In this document: piece after piece, positions 27,719 through 37,488 of the stretch | Layout of the letters: every line of letters starts with the position of its first letter | Numbering within the stretch: position 1 is the stretch's first letter | Assembly (NCBI GenBank): GCA_964537965.1 | Contig: CAZIDB010000004.1 | Coordinates: 1 to 46,284 of the forward strand | Source: an uncultured Melioribacter sp. | GTDB lineage: Bacteria; Bacteroidota; Ignavibacteria; Ignavibacteriales; SURF-24 | Direction of reading: 5' to 3' | DNA: 46,284 nt | Position numbers and translations under genes: made by a program | The notes under the pieces: model-generated | Told to the model about the DNA's origin: nothing | Seen by the model: the letters and a program-made list of their open reading frames with translations, nothing else | Databases searched by the model: none

Positions 27719-30298
27719 ATGAAACCACTAAAATTATTTTTCCTGCCTTTAATTTTTCCGTTCATTCTTTTAGCTCAAACAGAACCTAGTTATAAAAATC
27801 CAAATCTTCCAATTGAAGAAAGAGTAAATGATCTTGTTTCAAAGATGACACTTGAAGAAAAAGTATCACAAATGATTTACAACTCTCCTGCTATTGAGCG
27901 GCTTGGTATTCCGGCTTATAACTGGTGGAACGAGGCTTTGCACGGAGTTGCGCGTAACGGAATCGCAACTGTGTTTCCACAGGCAATTGGTCTTGCTGCA
28001 ACATGGGACAGAGATTTAATTTACAAAGCAGCAACAGTAATTTCTGATGAAGCGCGTGCAAAGTATAACCAGGCAATAAGTAAAAACAAAAGAGGAATTT
28101 ACCAGGGAATTACTTTATGGTCTCCTAACATTAATATTTTCCGGGATCCGCGCTGGGGACGCGGTATGGAAACTTACGGTGAAGATCCTTTCTTGACAGG
28201 AGAAATTGGAAACGCTTTTGTTAAAGGCTTACAAGGAACAGATTCCAGATATTTAAAAACTATTGCAACACCAAAACACTTTGCTGTTCACAGCGGCCCT
28301 GAACCCGAACGCCATACTTTCAACGCAATAGTAAGTGAATATGATTTAAGAGAAACATATCTTCCCCATTTCAAAAAATGTGTCCAGGAAGGAAAAGCAT
28401 ATTCCGTAATGTGTGCGTATAACCGCTTTCGTGGGGATGCATGCTGCGGAAGTGATCCTTTACTAAAACAAATTCTTCGCGATGAGTGGAATTTCAAAGG
28501 ACTTATTGTTTCTGATTGCTGGGCAATTCCTGATATGGTTAACTTTCATAAAATTGTTAATTCAAATGAAGAAGCTGCGTCCATTACTGTTAAAGCCGGT
28601 ACCGACCTTGAATGCGGAAATGCTTATCCTGCTTTGGTAAATGCTGTAAAGCTTGGTTTGATAAACGAAAAAGATTTGGACATTTCAGTTAAAAGAGTAT
28701 TTGAAGCAAGATTCAGACTCGGGATGTTTGATCCGCCTGAAATGGTACCGTATTCTAAACTGACTAAAGTTGATACTGATGAAAACAAATCTATCGCACT
28801 TGATGTAACAAGAAAATCAATTGTCCTTCTTAAGAATGAAAACAATCTTCTTCCTTTAAATAAAAATATTAAAACCATCGCTGTTATTGGTCCGAATGCA
28901 GATGATGTTGAAGTATTACTTGGGAATTACAATGGCTTTCCTTCAAATCCTATTACGCCATTACAGGGAATTAAAGATAAACTTCCGGGAGCAGAAATAA
29001 TTTACGAGCGGGGCTGTGACCTAACTGAATATATGCCTTCATTTGAAATTGTTGATGAGGCTTTCCTTTATACTTCAAACAGTAAAAAAGAGAGAGGGTT
29101 GGTTGGAGAATATTTTGACAACAGAGATTTTACCAGCCAGCCTTCTTTTACAAGAGTTGACAGTAAAGTTGATTTTGCATGGTGGGATGGAGCACCTTCT
29201 GATAAATTTGATCCTGATAATTTTGGTGTTCGCTGGTCAGGAATAATAGTACCGGAAAGGAGCGGACAATATTTTCTTGGTGGATACGGATTCAATGGAT
29301 TCAGGATTTATTTTGAAGATACATTACTCGTCAAGTTTGACGGTGAATTCGATCCTGTTAAAACATATGCTTCGCTAAACCTTGAAGCGGGTAAAGCATA
29401 TAAAATCAAAATTGAATTCTATAAAAAGCTTCGTTACTCTTTTATGCAATTAATCTGGTCTGTTCCGGATAATGAACTTGAAGAGAAAGCACTAGCAGCA
29501 GCCAAAAAATCTGATGCTGTAATTATGATAATGGGATTATCCCCGCGCCTGGAAGGTGAAGAACTACGGCTTGATATAAAGGGCTTCAAAGGTGGAGACA
29601 GAACAACTCTCGATTTGCCTGAAGTACAATTAAATTTAATTAAGAAGATTCATTCAACTGGCAAACCTGTTATTCTTGTTTTATTAAACGGAAGCGCTCT
29701 TTCAATCAACTGGGAAAATGAAAATATTCCTGCCATACTCGAAGCGTGGTATCCGGGACAAGCAGCAGGTACTGCCATTGCAGATGTTATCTTCGGAGAT
29801 TATAATCCTTCAGGAAAACTTCCTGTAACTGTTTATCAATCCGTTGATCAGCTACCGGGATTTTCTGATTATGGTATGACCAGCAGAACATACCGTTATT
29901 TTAAGGGTGATGCATTATATCCGTTTGGCTACGGATTAAGTTTTACAAAATTCGGTTATAAAAATATTTTATTAGATAAGCCAGTCATTGATTGCAATGA
30001 AACAACATCAGTTTCCATTGACGTTACCAACACTGGTAAATCAAATGGTGAAGAAGTAGTTCAATTATATATTAAAGCATTAACTGATACTTCAACAGTT
30101 AAAACATTAAAGGGATTTAAACGAATCTCTCTTGATGCAGGTGAAACAAAGAAAATTAATTTTACTTTAACACCCGAATTATTATCAAGGTGGATTGATG
30201 GAAAAGGTTTTTCTGTAGAAGCTGATAAATATAGAATAATGATTGGTTCGTCTTCTGCCGAAATAGATCTTCATCAAATTGATCTTATTGTAGAATGA
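27719..30298 (+). CDS. GH3 beta-glycosidase (BglX/beta-xylosidase-like) with inserted PA14 domain
   Basis: 859-aa ORF with a signal peptide. GH3 blocks are YNWWNEALHGV, WSPNINIFRDPRWGRGMETYGEDP, KHFAVHSGPE and the nucleophile region GLIVSDCWAI. Fn3-like C-terminus (EVVQLYIK). Confidence 0.9.
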   Translation: MKPLKLFFLPLIFPFILLAQTEPSYKNPNLPIEERVNDLVSKMTLEEKVSQMIYNSPAIERLGIPAYNWWNEALHGVARNGIATVFPQAIGLAATWDRDLIYKAATVISDEARAKYNQAISKNKRGIYQGITLWSPNINIFRDPRWGRGMETYGEDPFLTGEIGNAFVKGLQGTDSRYLKTIATPKHFAVHSGPEPERHTFNAIVSEYDLRETYLPHFKKCVQEGKAYSVMCAYNRFRGDACCGSDPLLKQILRDEWNFKGLIVSDCWAIPDMVNFHKIVNSNEEAASITVKAGTDLECGNAYPALVNAVKLGLINEKDLDISVKRVFEARFRLGMFDPPEMVPYSKLTKVDTDENKSIALDVTRKSIVLLKNENNLLPLNKNIKTIAVIGPNADDVEVLLGNYNGFPSNPITPLQGIKDKLPGAEIIYERGCDLTEYMPSFEIVDEAFLYTSNSKKERGLVGEYFDNRDFTSQPSFTRVDSKVDFAWWDGAPSDKFDPDNFGVRWSGIIVPERSGQYFLGGYGFNGFRIYFEDTLLVKFDGEFDPVKTYASLNLEAGKAYKIKIEFYKKLRYSFMQLIWSVPDNELEEKALAAAKKSDAVIMIMGLSPRLEGEELRLDIKGFKGGDRTTLDLPEVQLNLIKKIHSTGKPVILVLLNGSALSINWENENIPAILEAWYPGQAAGTAIADVIFGDYNPSGKLPVTVYQSVDQLPGFSDYGMTSRTYRYFKGDALYPFGYGLSFTKFGYKNILLDKPVIDCNETTSVSIDVTNTGKSNGEEVVQLYIKALTDTSTVKTLKGFKRISLDAGETKKINFTLTPELLSRWIDGKGFSVEADKYRIMIGSSSAEIDLHQIDLIVE
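29096..29466 (+). other. PA14 domain inserted in the GH3 protein
   Basis: GLVGEYFDNRDFTSQPSFTRVDSKVDFAWW...FGVRWSGIIVPERSGQYFL...AGKAYKIKIEFYK...LIWSVP. Confidence 0.75.
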
Positions 30299-30310
30299 AT
30301 TTTATTTCAA

Positions 30311-30350
30311 GAGATGAAAATACTATTCAGTATTTTCATCTCTTCATTTT
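30311..30350 (+). terminator. Rho-independent terminator after the GH18-to-GH3 gene series
   Basis: Perfect 14-bp stem gagatgaaaatact (30311-30324) / agtattttcatctc (30329-30342) around loop attc. It is followed by ttcatttt. Confidence 0.75.
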
Positions 30351-30585
30351 ATTAACGAATAAATTGCCCAAATAAGAAATCCCCTCCTCTTTCTTATCTA
30401 ATATAAAATTCATCTCTTATGTTACCTTCGGTTTATTCAATTATAAAATAGAAAAGCCACAAACACGTCCAATTTTAAACTTTTAAATAAGTTTAAATTG
30501 AGTATTGCGTTTTAAATCTATTTGGTTTATTTTTATTTCGAAAAAACTAACCGTCCTTTTGAAACATTAGCTTGAAGGAGGCAGA

Positions 30586-33558
30586 ATGTTAAAAAGATTT
30601 ACTCTAAACTCTTTTCTGATTTTATTTATACTTCAAATAATAACATACACTTCAACATTGGCTGCACGTAACGGCAGCATTAAAGGAACAATTACAGATG
30701 CACAATCTGGTGATGCCTTACCTTATGCAAATGTTGTCTTAATGGGAACAAGCTTTGGTGATGCTGCAGATTCAAAAGGCAATTACTCTATTCCCAACGT
30801 TCCGCCTGGTAATTATACACTTAGAGCAAGCTACTTGGGTTATAAAAACATTGATCTTTCAATAAATCTTTCAGATGGACAAACTTTAATACATGACTTT
30901 GAACTCTCTGTGGAAGGTGTTATTGGAAGTGAAGTAGTTATAACAGCACAGGCAAAAGGACAATATGAAGCTATCAACGAACAATTAAATTCCATTGCGA
31001 TAAAAAACGTAGTTTCGCTTGCCAAGATACAAGAATTACCAGATGCAAACGCTGCTGAATCAGTAAGCCGTTTACCTGGCGTTTCACTTCTTAGAACCGG
31101 TGGAGAAGGTTCAAGAGTGGTTGTACGAGGTTTATCTCCACAATATAATCGTGTTACTATGGACGGAGTTGAACTTCCCGCCAACTTTACTTCTAATGAT
31201 CCGAATGACCACAAAGAAGAATTGACTAACAGCGACGAACTATCAGTATCCGGTGATAGATCAACTGATTTAAGTATGATCTCATCAAATATGCTTGGAG
31301 GCATTGAAGTAATTAAAGCCATTACTCCTGATATGGATGCAACCGTATTTGGTGGGGTTGTAAATTTTTCTATGAGGAAAGCCCAAAAGGATGAATTTGA
31401 AAAACCAAATTTCGAATTACAAACTCAAGGGTCATATAATAATTTAAAAGACACCTATAAAGATTATAAAGTTGTTGGCTCTTATGAACAACGTTTCTTT
31501 GATAATAGTCTGGGTGTTTTTGTTCAGGGTTCATCAGAAGAAAGAAATCTGAGTGATAACCAATTAAGCGCAGATTATAATTTTACTGGCAGATTAAACA
31601 TCACAGAAGAAGGTAATCCAGAATTTCAAAATATGACATTAACCGATACGCAACGAGATCGTAACAGATACGGTGCTATGCTTGTTCTTGATTATGCTTA
31701 TGAATCCGGTAGTATTGGATTTTTGAATTTCTTTAGCAGAAGCAAAACACACGCCATAAACAGGAATCAGTCATATTATTTATTAGATGATGATGTTTAT
31801 TTCTCAGCTTTAAATTCCAACAATACTTTAGATGTATATAGTAACTTGCTTAGTATTAAGCAAAATCTTTTCGGTTTTGATATAGACGCAAGACTTTCTC
31901 ACTCTTATTCTGTTTCAGATAACCCGGAAGATGTTAATTTTAATTTTTGGCAAAACGGTGCTGGCCTCACAAGTAAATACTCATCTTTAAAATACAAAAC
32001 AACAAAAGAAATTGCGGCAGCTGCAACACTTAATCCGGCAAATGCAGTCTTCTTTAGTATTTATAATAATAATAGTATTTCAAAAGACCGAACACTTAAT
32101 GCAGGTATAGACTTATCCAAGGATATCACCTTCTCAGATAATCTCACAAGTAAAATTAAAATTGGTGGGGCATATCAATATCGTGATCGCTCCTATGGTT
32201 ACAACCAAAGTAGCGGCTCAGTATTTTATGATGATGGTGGACAAGTTAATGCAGCCATTTTAAGAGCATTTCCACAGTTTGGAAGCAGCATAACAGCAGA
32301 AAGCTTTTATGATCCGGGCTACAGTTATGGTGATTTTCTTAAAGGTGATTTCACAATGATCAATCCTCTTAATGTTGGTTTAATGCTTAATGTAATAGAA
32401 GTTGCCAAGCAAAGCCCTGGTACTGGAAATGGCGGTGGATATAAAGCACACAAATTAGCTTCATTAAAAGATGATTATTCCGGACATGAAGCCAGAAGCG
32501 CAGGATATGCAATGGCAACTGTGAATATTGGAGAGATGTTTATACTTGTACCGGGTGTTCGTTATCAAAACCTAACAACAACATATACTGGAATAAGAGG
32601 CGAAGCTGTTCCGGGAGGATTGCAATATACAAATGCAGAAGAGACAATATCTCATGGTTATTGGCTCCCAATGTTGCACTTCCGCTTTAAACCAAATGAA
32701 TGGTTCCAGTTACACTTTGCTTATACTAATACGCTCAATTATCCTGATTATAGTACAATTATTCCTAAGTATTATATTGGCGCTAATTTTATTGAATACA
32801 ATAATTATAAATTGAAGCCTGCTACTTCTGAGAATTTCGATTTGTTTTTAACTGCTTATTCAAATGAAATCGGATTACTTTCTGTAGGAGGATTCAAGAA
32901 AAGAATTGAGAATTTAATTTTCTCTACCAGAACATATCCAAAAGATTTCAGTGCTTATCCTGATTTGTATGGAATACTAAAAGACAGGAAAGAATCTTTT
33001 ACTCTTTTCACTTATATCAACAATCCGATTCCTATTGATGTTATTGGAATTGAATCCGAATGGCAAACACACCTCTGGTATCTTCCAGAACCATTTAATG
33101 GAATTGTTCTGGATATAAATTACACTCATATATTTTCAGAAGCTAAATATCCTAAAACATATTTAGTAACTGTCTTGGATACAATCACTTACCTGCCAAC
33201 AATAACAGCGGTTGATACTTCCTATGAGGACCGTTTATTAAATCAACCCAATGATATTGTTAATATTTCACTTGGTTATGATTATGCTGGTTTTTCATTA
33301 CGCGCTTCTATGCTATATCAAGATAATATCTTTAAGAAGCCTGATTTCTGGTCACAAAACAGAGTTCATTCAGATAAATACATCCGTTTCGATCTTTCTA
33401 TTAAACAAACACTTCCTTGGTATGGATTACAAGTCTACCTCAATTTAAACAATATTACAGGAGAGGATGATATAGATATAAATCAGAAGACTGGTTTTAC
33501 TACTTCGGAACAACGATATGGAATGACTGCGGACATAGGATTAAGGATGAATCTATAA
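30586..33558 (+). CDS. TonB-dependent receptor with N-terminal carboxypeptidase-regulatory-like domain
   Basis: 990-aa ORF with a signal peptide. CarboxypepD_reg block GSIKGTITDAQSGDALPYANVVLMGT..GNYSIPNVPPGNYTLRASYLGY. Plug block AAESVSRLPGVSLLRTGGEGSRVVVRGLSPQYNRVTMDGVELP. Long beta-barrel region. SD-like gaaggagg lies upstream. No SusD-like gene follows. Confidence 0.9.
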   Translation: MLKRFTLNSFLILFILQIITYTSTLAARNGSIKGTITDAQSGDALPYANVVLMGTSFGDAADSKGNYSIPNVPPGNYTLRASYLGYKNIDLSINLSDGQTLIHDFELSVEGVIGSEVVITAQAKGQYEAINEQLNSIAIKNVVSLAKIQELPDANAAESVSRLPGVSLLRTGGEGSRVVVRGLSPQYNRVTMDGVELPANFTSNDPNDHKEELTNSDELSVSGDRSTDLSMISSNMLGGIEVIKAITPDMDATVFGGVVNFSMRKAQKDEFEKPNFELQTQGSYNNLKDTYKDYKVVGSYEQRFFDNSLGVFVQGSSEERNLSDNQLSADYNFTGRLNITEEGNPEFQNMTLTDTQRDRNRYGAMLVLDYAYESGSIGFLNFFSRSKTHAINRNQSYYLLDDDVYFSALNSNNTLDVYSNLLSIKQNLFGFDIDARLSHSYSVSDNPEDVNFNFWQNGAGLTSKYSSLKYKTTKEIAAAATLNPANAVFFSIYNNNSISKDRTLNAGIDLSKDITFSDNLTSKIKIGGAYQYRDRSYGYNQSSGSVFYDDGGQVNAAILRAFPQFGSSITAESFYDPGYSYGDFLKGDFTMINPLNVGLMLNVIEVAKQSPGTGNGGGYKAHKLASLKDDYSGHEARSAGYAMATVNIGEMFILVPGVRYQNLTTTYTGIRGEAVPGGLQYTNAEETISHGYWLPMLHFRFKPNEWFQLHFAYTNTLNYPDYSTIIPKYYIGANFIEYNNYKLKPATSENFDLFLTAYSNEIGLLSVGGFKKRIENLIFSTRTYPKDFSAYPDLYGILKDRKESFTLFTYINNPIPIDVIGIESEWQTHLWYLPEPFNGIVLDINYTHIFSEAKYPKTYLVTVLDTITYLPTITAVDTSYEDRLLNQPNDIVNISLGYDYAGFSLRASMLYQDNIFKKPDFWSQNRVHSDKYIRFDLSIKQTLPWYGLQVYLNLNNITGEDDIDINQKTGFTTSEQRYGMTADIGLRMNL

Positions 33559-33685
33559 ATTTTAAATAATATACCAGAGTAAAATGAATTTGCTTATGGA
33601 ATAAGGTAAAAGATATTTCAATAGGATTAATAAATAAGTTAAAAATTAAGTTCACTAAATCACTAACATTAAAAAGGAGAATTAC

Positions 33686-35452
33686 ATGAAGAAGCAATAC
33701 GCTTTTCTTTTCTTGTTCTTAATAGCTATGATGGCTACGGTTTCAGCACAGTCTACAACAGATACTGTGTATATCCCGGGTGCTCAGTCTCTTAATATCA
33801 GTAATATTATTAATGCTGATACTTCCGTGACATCATCTCGTGTTTATGTGTTAGACCGTGGTGCTATTTATTATATTGACAAAGCATTTGAACTTACACA
33901 CTCAAGCAAATTTATTGCAAAAGGCGATGCAACAAAAAGACCTCCGGTTCTTGCCACTGCAGTCCGCGCAGATGGTTCAAATGAAGAATGGTATTTCAAA
34001 TTAATTAAACCAGGCATTAGCGTTGAATTAAATGACCTTTATTTACTTTCTATGCGACCTGATGGAAAAACTCTTGGATGGAGCCGTGCTATTCACATTG
34101 GAGCCAGCAATACAGCAGTTAAGCTAAGAAGAGTAGTATTTGATGCCTGGACAGAAGCTTGTATCCGTGTAGATGGAGCAAGTTGGGTTAAACTTGATGT
34201 ACAAGATTGTCACTTCAGAAATATGCAGCATTCAACCTCATATTTTGGTGGTCAGGTATTCCTTTCCGGAGGTACCGATGATGCAGATACTACCATTTTT
34301 GTTAACAATACTTTCTTTGGGTGCCAGTCCTATCTTTTTTCTTTACGTGGTTATGATAAATTTTCAGTTTTTGAGCACAACACAATTGTTTACAGTGTTG
34401 TAAATCCATTTTTAATTAATCGCGCTCAGAACTTACACATGAAAAATAATATATTTTATGCAGCACATGCCTGGGGTGGAGATCCTGAACAAGTTATTGG
34501 TAACTGGATGAATTGCTTCCCTGATACAACAGCTTCAAGTATAATTAATTTTTGGGTTAAAGGAACCTACCTTGGTGATGTAAGCTTAACAGGTCCGGAA
34601 AGAAATGATGAACCATCATTAGGAATTGTATTTGACCCATCAAAAAGAGTTGATGAAATAAAAAGTAACATATATTACAATCCTGATCAGCTTGTTAGTT
34701 TTTATAATACCTGGAATGATACTGTTACTGCCTATGATAGCGTTGAAGTATGGCATGGTCCAAAACAGTATTTGAAAAGAGTGCTTACATTGGTTCCATG
34801 GATAAATCCAACAGGCTATACCATTGTAGATTCCCTTACAAATCCGAATATAGGATCAACACAGTATTCTCCTTATGTAACTATAGAAGATGGCATTAAT
34901 GTAAACCCGGGATTTACTGATGCCGGAGTTGTTGGACATGTAAGTGAATTAGTTGGATATGTACAGCGTATAGCATCTCGCTCATTAGACAATCCATGGC
35001 ATTATGAACTAAACTTCCCGCCAAAATGGCCCATTCCAGAAAATTTAGGTTATGGTAATGCTTCACTTATCCATGGTGGTACAGATGGTTATGCACTTGG
35101 TGATTTGAACTGGTTCCCTGATCAAAAAGCCACTTATGTTGTTGGTGTTGAAACTATTTCGAAGAATGTTCCTGAACAATATAAACTTTCTCAGAACTAT
35201 CCTAACCCGTTCAATCCTGAAACAAAGATTGAATTCAATATTGCAAAAGAAGGTTATGCTAAAGTTGTTGTTTATAACATACTTGGTCAGAAAATCAGAA
35301 CTCTTCTTAACCAGGACTTCAAAGCTGGCAGCTACAGTGTAACCTGGAACGGTAAAGATGATTTCGGCAGACAAGTATCAACCGGAGCTTATTTATATTC
35401 ACTTGAAACAGAATCATTCAAATCAACAAAGAAAATGATCCTGATGAAGTAA
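33686..35452 (+). CDS. T9SS-sorted surface protein with probable right-handed beta-helix (PbH1-like) body; function unknown
   Basis: 588-aa ORF with a signal peptide and aaggag 7 nt upstream of the start. Repeated turn motifs are VNNTFFGC, EHNTIVYS and MKNNIFYA. T9SS tail at the C-terminus. Lies 127 bp downstream of the TonB-dependent receptor. Confidence 0.6.
   Translation: MKKQYAFLFLFLIAMMATVSAQSTTDTVYIPGAQSLNISNIINADTSVTSSRVYVLDRGAIYYIDKAFELTHSSKFIAKGDATKRPPVLATAVRADGSNEEWYFKLIKPGISVELNDLYLLSMRPDGKTLGWSRAIHIGASNTAVKLRRVVFDAWTEACIRVDGASWVKLDVQDCHFRNMQHSTSYFGGQVFLSGGTDDADTTIFVNNTFFGCQSYLFSLRGYDKFSVFEHNTIVYSVVNPFLINRAQNLHMKNNIFYAAHAWGGDPEQVIGNWMNCFPDTTASSIINFWVKGTYLGDVSLTGPERNDEPSLGIVFDPSKRVDEIKSNIYYNPDQLVSFYNTWNDTVTAYDSVEVWHGPKQYLKRVLTLVPWINPTGYTIVDSLTNPNIGSTQYSPYVTIEDGINVNPGFTDAGVVGHVSELVGYVQRIASRSLDNPWHYELNFPPKWPIPENLGYGNASLIHGGTDGYALGDLNWFPDQKATYVVGVETISKNVPEQYKLSQNYPNPFNPETKIEFNIAKEGYAKVVVYNILGQKIRTLLNQDFKAGSYSVTWNGKDDFGRQVSTGAYLYSLETESFKSTKKMILMK
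35183..35449 (+). other. T9SS C-terminal sorting domain of the 588-aa protein
   Basis: KLSQNYPNPFNPETKIEFNIAKEGYAKVVVYNILGQKIRTLLNQDFKAGSYSVTWNGKD..GAYLYSLE..KKMILMK. Confidence 0.85.
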
Positions 35453-35492
35453 TTAGTCTTTTCTCTTCAGAAGTCTCCTCCTTCTAGAAAGT

Positions 35493-35533
35493 AAGCCGCC
35501 CTGGATTAAATTCCGGGACGGCTTTCTGTTTTT
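35493..35533 (+). terminator. Rho-independent terminator after the receptor / beta-helix gene pair
   Basis: aagccgccctgga (35493-35505) pairs with tccgggacggctt (35512-35524) over 13 positions with 1 mismatch and 1 G-U. The stem is GC-rich and is followed by tctgttttt. Confidence 0.7.
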
Positions 35534-35720
35534 AACTCCTTCACAATTATTATTTATCTCATTAAAATCTCCCAAAGAATAAAAAACAAAATTCCGCTGG
35601 AATATTTTCTTACTTCATCTGTCTAATAAATTGATTATGCTCTTCCTTTTAGTAAAGCCGATTATAATTCAGTTAATGACAGATAAATAGATAATAACAT
35701 AAATTTATTTCGAGGTAAAT

Positions 35721-37325
35721 ATGAATTCATTAAAAAGGACTTCTGTTTTTAAAATTATATCGGTCTTTATAATTATCATACTTGTTTTCTCTGCCTCTGC
35801 TTTATACGGACAAACTTATTCTCAAAGCAGCGGCACCTCTACTTTATCAGGTCAGACATATTCTTCACCTAATGCTGATTTATCTGCAGTTAAAGTAACC
35901 GGTGGTACGTTAAATCTTTCTAACTCAACTATCTCTTCTTCAGGCAATACTTCTTCAACTGATAACAGCAGCTTTTACGGTCTTAATGCTGTTGTACTTG
36001 CCTATACCAGCAGCGGCACGGCCATAATTAATTCTTCCAATAATGTTATCTCTTCTACCGGCACAGGTGCAAATGGTATTTTTGCTTACGGCACTGCTGT
36101 TGTTACTACCACTAACGATAAATTTACCCACACCGGTGGTGGTGGTCATGCAATTATGTGCAGCGGTGGCGGAATCATTACTGTTGTTAATGATACTGCT
36201 GTTACTTCCGGTGGTAGTTCCAGTACTATTGCAACTGACAGAGGCAGTGGAACTATTACTGTTAACGGCGGCTCTTATACTGCAAACGGCAACAATTCTG
36301 CTGCAATTTACTCAACTGGTATAATTACCTGTACAGATGCTACTCTGGTTGCAAATGGTGCTGAGGCTCTTGTAATTGAAGGTTCTAATAATATCGTGCT
36401 GAACAATTGTACTGTGTTAGGTACTTACAACAAATGGGGTGCTTTGCTTTACCAAAGTATGTCCGGTGATGCTGATGGTGTTGATGGAGTACTGACTATA
36501 AATGGCGGATCATTTACTTACACGGGTACAAAAGGAGGTATGTTCTATAATACAAACTCAACCGCCTGGATTACTCTTAATGGTGTAACTCTGAACAATA
36601 GCTGCGACACATTGATTAAATGTATAAAAGGTAGCTGGGGCGGTTCAACTGCTTCAAGCGGTGGTATTACACACCTAACAACAAACAACCAGGTTTTATC
36701 CGGCTTAATTCACGTTGATGCTTACAGTACGAATTATGATTCGCTTCTTAATGCTTCTTTGTTTGCAGGAGCAATTAACAATTCAAATACAGGTAAGTTG
36801 GTTTCACTTACCATGGATGCAACAAGTACGTGGACCGTAACAAAAACCTCATACCTTACAATCATTTTAAACAGTGCTGGTATTTCTGGTACTACCTGTA
36901 CAAACATAATTGGCAATGGTAACAGTGTTTATTATGATGAAACTAATTCTGCCAATAGTTATCTGGCCGGTTTAACTTATTCTTTAGTAAACGGTGGGTA
37001 TTTAAGACCTTTATCATCAACTACGTATGTTGAAGAATCTGATGAAACTTCTCCAACAGAATGGCAGCTTGGACAAAATTATCCTAATCCGTTTAATCCA
37101 TCCACTACAATTAATTTTCTGGTACTAACCACAGGGTTAGTTACTCTAAAGGTTTATAATATTCTTGGTAAAGAAATAGCAACTTTGGTAAATGATATTA
37201 TCCCGGCTGGTAATTATAGTGTTGCATTCCAGGCAGCAGGCAATGACCTTTCAAGCGGAACTTATATTTATGAATTAAGAAGCAACTCTTTTGTTTCAAG
37301 GAAAAAAATGTTATTCGTCAAATAA
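35721..37325 (+). CDS. T9SS-sorted Ser/Thr/Gly-rich beta-helix protein, Cthe_2159-like putative carbohydrate-binding protein
   Basis: 534-aa ORF with a signal peptide. The repetitive pattern TLNLSNSTISSSG..SSFYGLNAVVLA..GANGIFAYG..TDRGSGTITVNGGSY..SAAIYSTGIITC..AEALVIEGSNNIVLNNCTV resembles, from memory, the Cthe_2159/PF14262 carbohydrate-binding beta-helix family. T9SS tail present. Confidence 0.55.
   Translation: MNSLKRTSVFKIISVFIIIILVFSASALYGQTYSQSSGTSTLSGQTYSSPNADLSAVKVTGGTLNLSNSTISSSGNTSSTDNSSFYGLNAVVLAYTSSGTAIINSSNNVISSTGTGANGIFAYGTAVVTTTNDKFTHTGGGGHAIMCSGGGIITVVNDTAVTSGGSSSTIATDRGSGTITVNGGSYTANGNNSAAIYSTGIITCTDATLVANGAEALVIEGSNNIVLNNCTVLGTYNKWGALLYQSMSGDADGVDGVLTINGGSFTYTGTKGGMFYNTNSTAWITLNGVTLNNSCDTLIKCIKGSWGGSTASSGGITHLTTNNQVLSGLIHVDAYSTNYDSLLNASLFAGAINNSNTGKLVSLTMDATSTWTVTKTSYLTIILNSAGISGTTCTNIIGNGNSVYYDETNSANSYLAGLTYSLVNGGYLRPLSSTTYVEESDETSPTEWQLGQNYPNPFNPSTTINFLVLTTGLVTLKVYNILGKEIATLVNDIIPAGNYSVAFQAAGNDLSSGTYIYELRSNSFVSRKKMLFVK
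37062..37322 (+). other. T9SS C-terminal sorting domain of the 534-aa protein
   Basis: WQLGQNYPNPFNPSTTINFLVLTTGLVTLKVYNILGKEIATLVNDIIPAGNYSVAF..SGTYIYEL..KKMLFVK. Confidence 0.85.
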
Positions 37326-37488
37326 ATATTAACTATATATTTTCCTAAGCATACAACATCCACATAATGCAGAAAGCATTTGTGTTTCCAGCTTTATTTA
37401 CTTTGATAATTTTCTGATGTAACACCATACGAACTTAATAGGTCTACTTGTTCTACGATAGAAATATTAGGAATGTAAAAGCGGATTT

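Noticed and set aside
30840-31322. 160-aa ORF antisense to the TonB-dependent receptor gene
   Set aside because: It lies wholly inside the well-supported receptor CDS (plug region). Its Ser/Thr/Pro-rich low-complexity translation is typical of antisense frames. It has no start context or independent signals.
36043-36324. 93-aa alternative-frame ORF within the Ser/Thr/Gly-rich T9SS protein gene
   Set aside because: It is a same-strand, out-of-frame product of repetitive GGT/ACT-rich DNA. The main frame runs from a signal peptide to a T9SS tail and explains the region.
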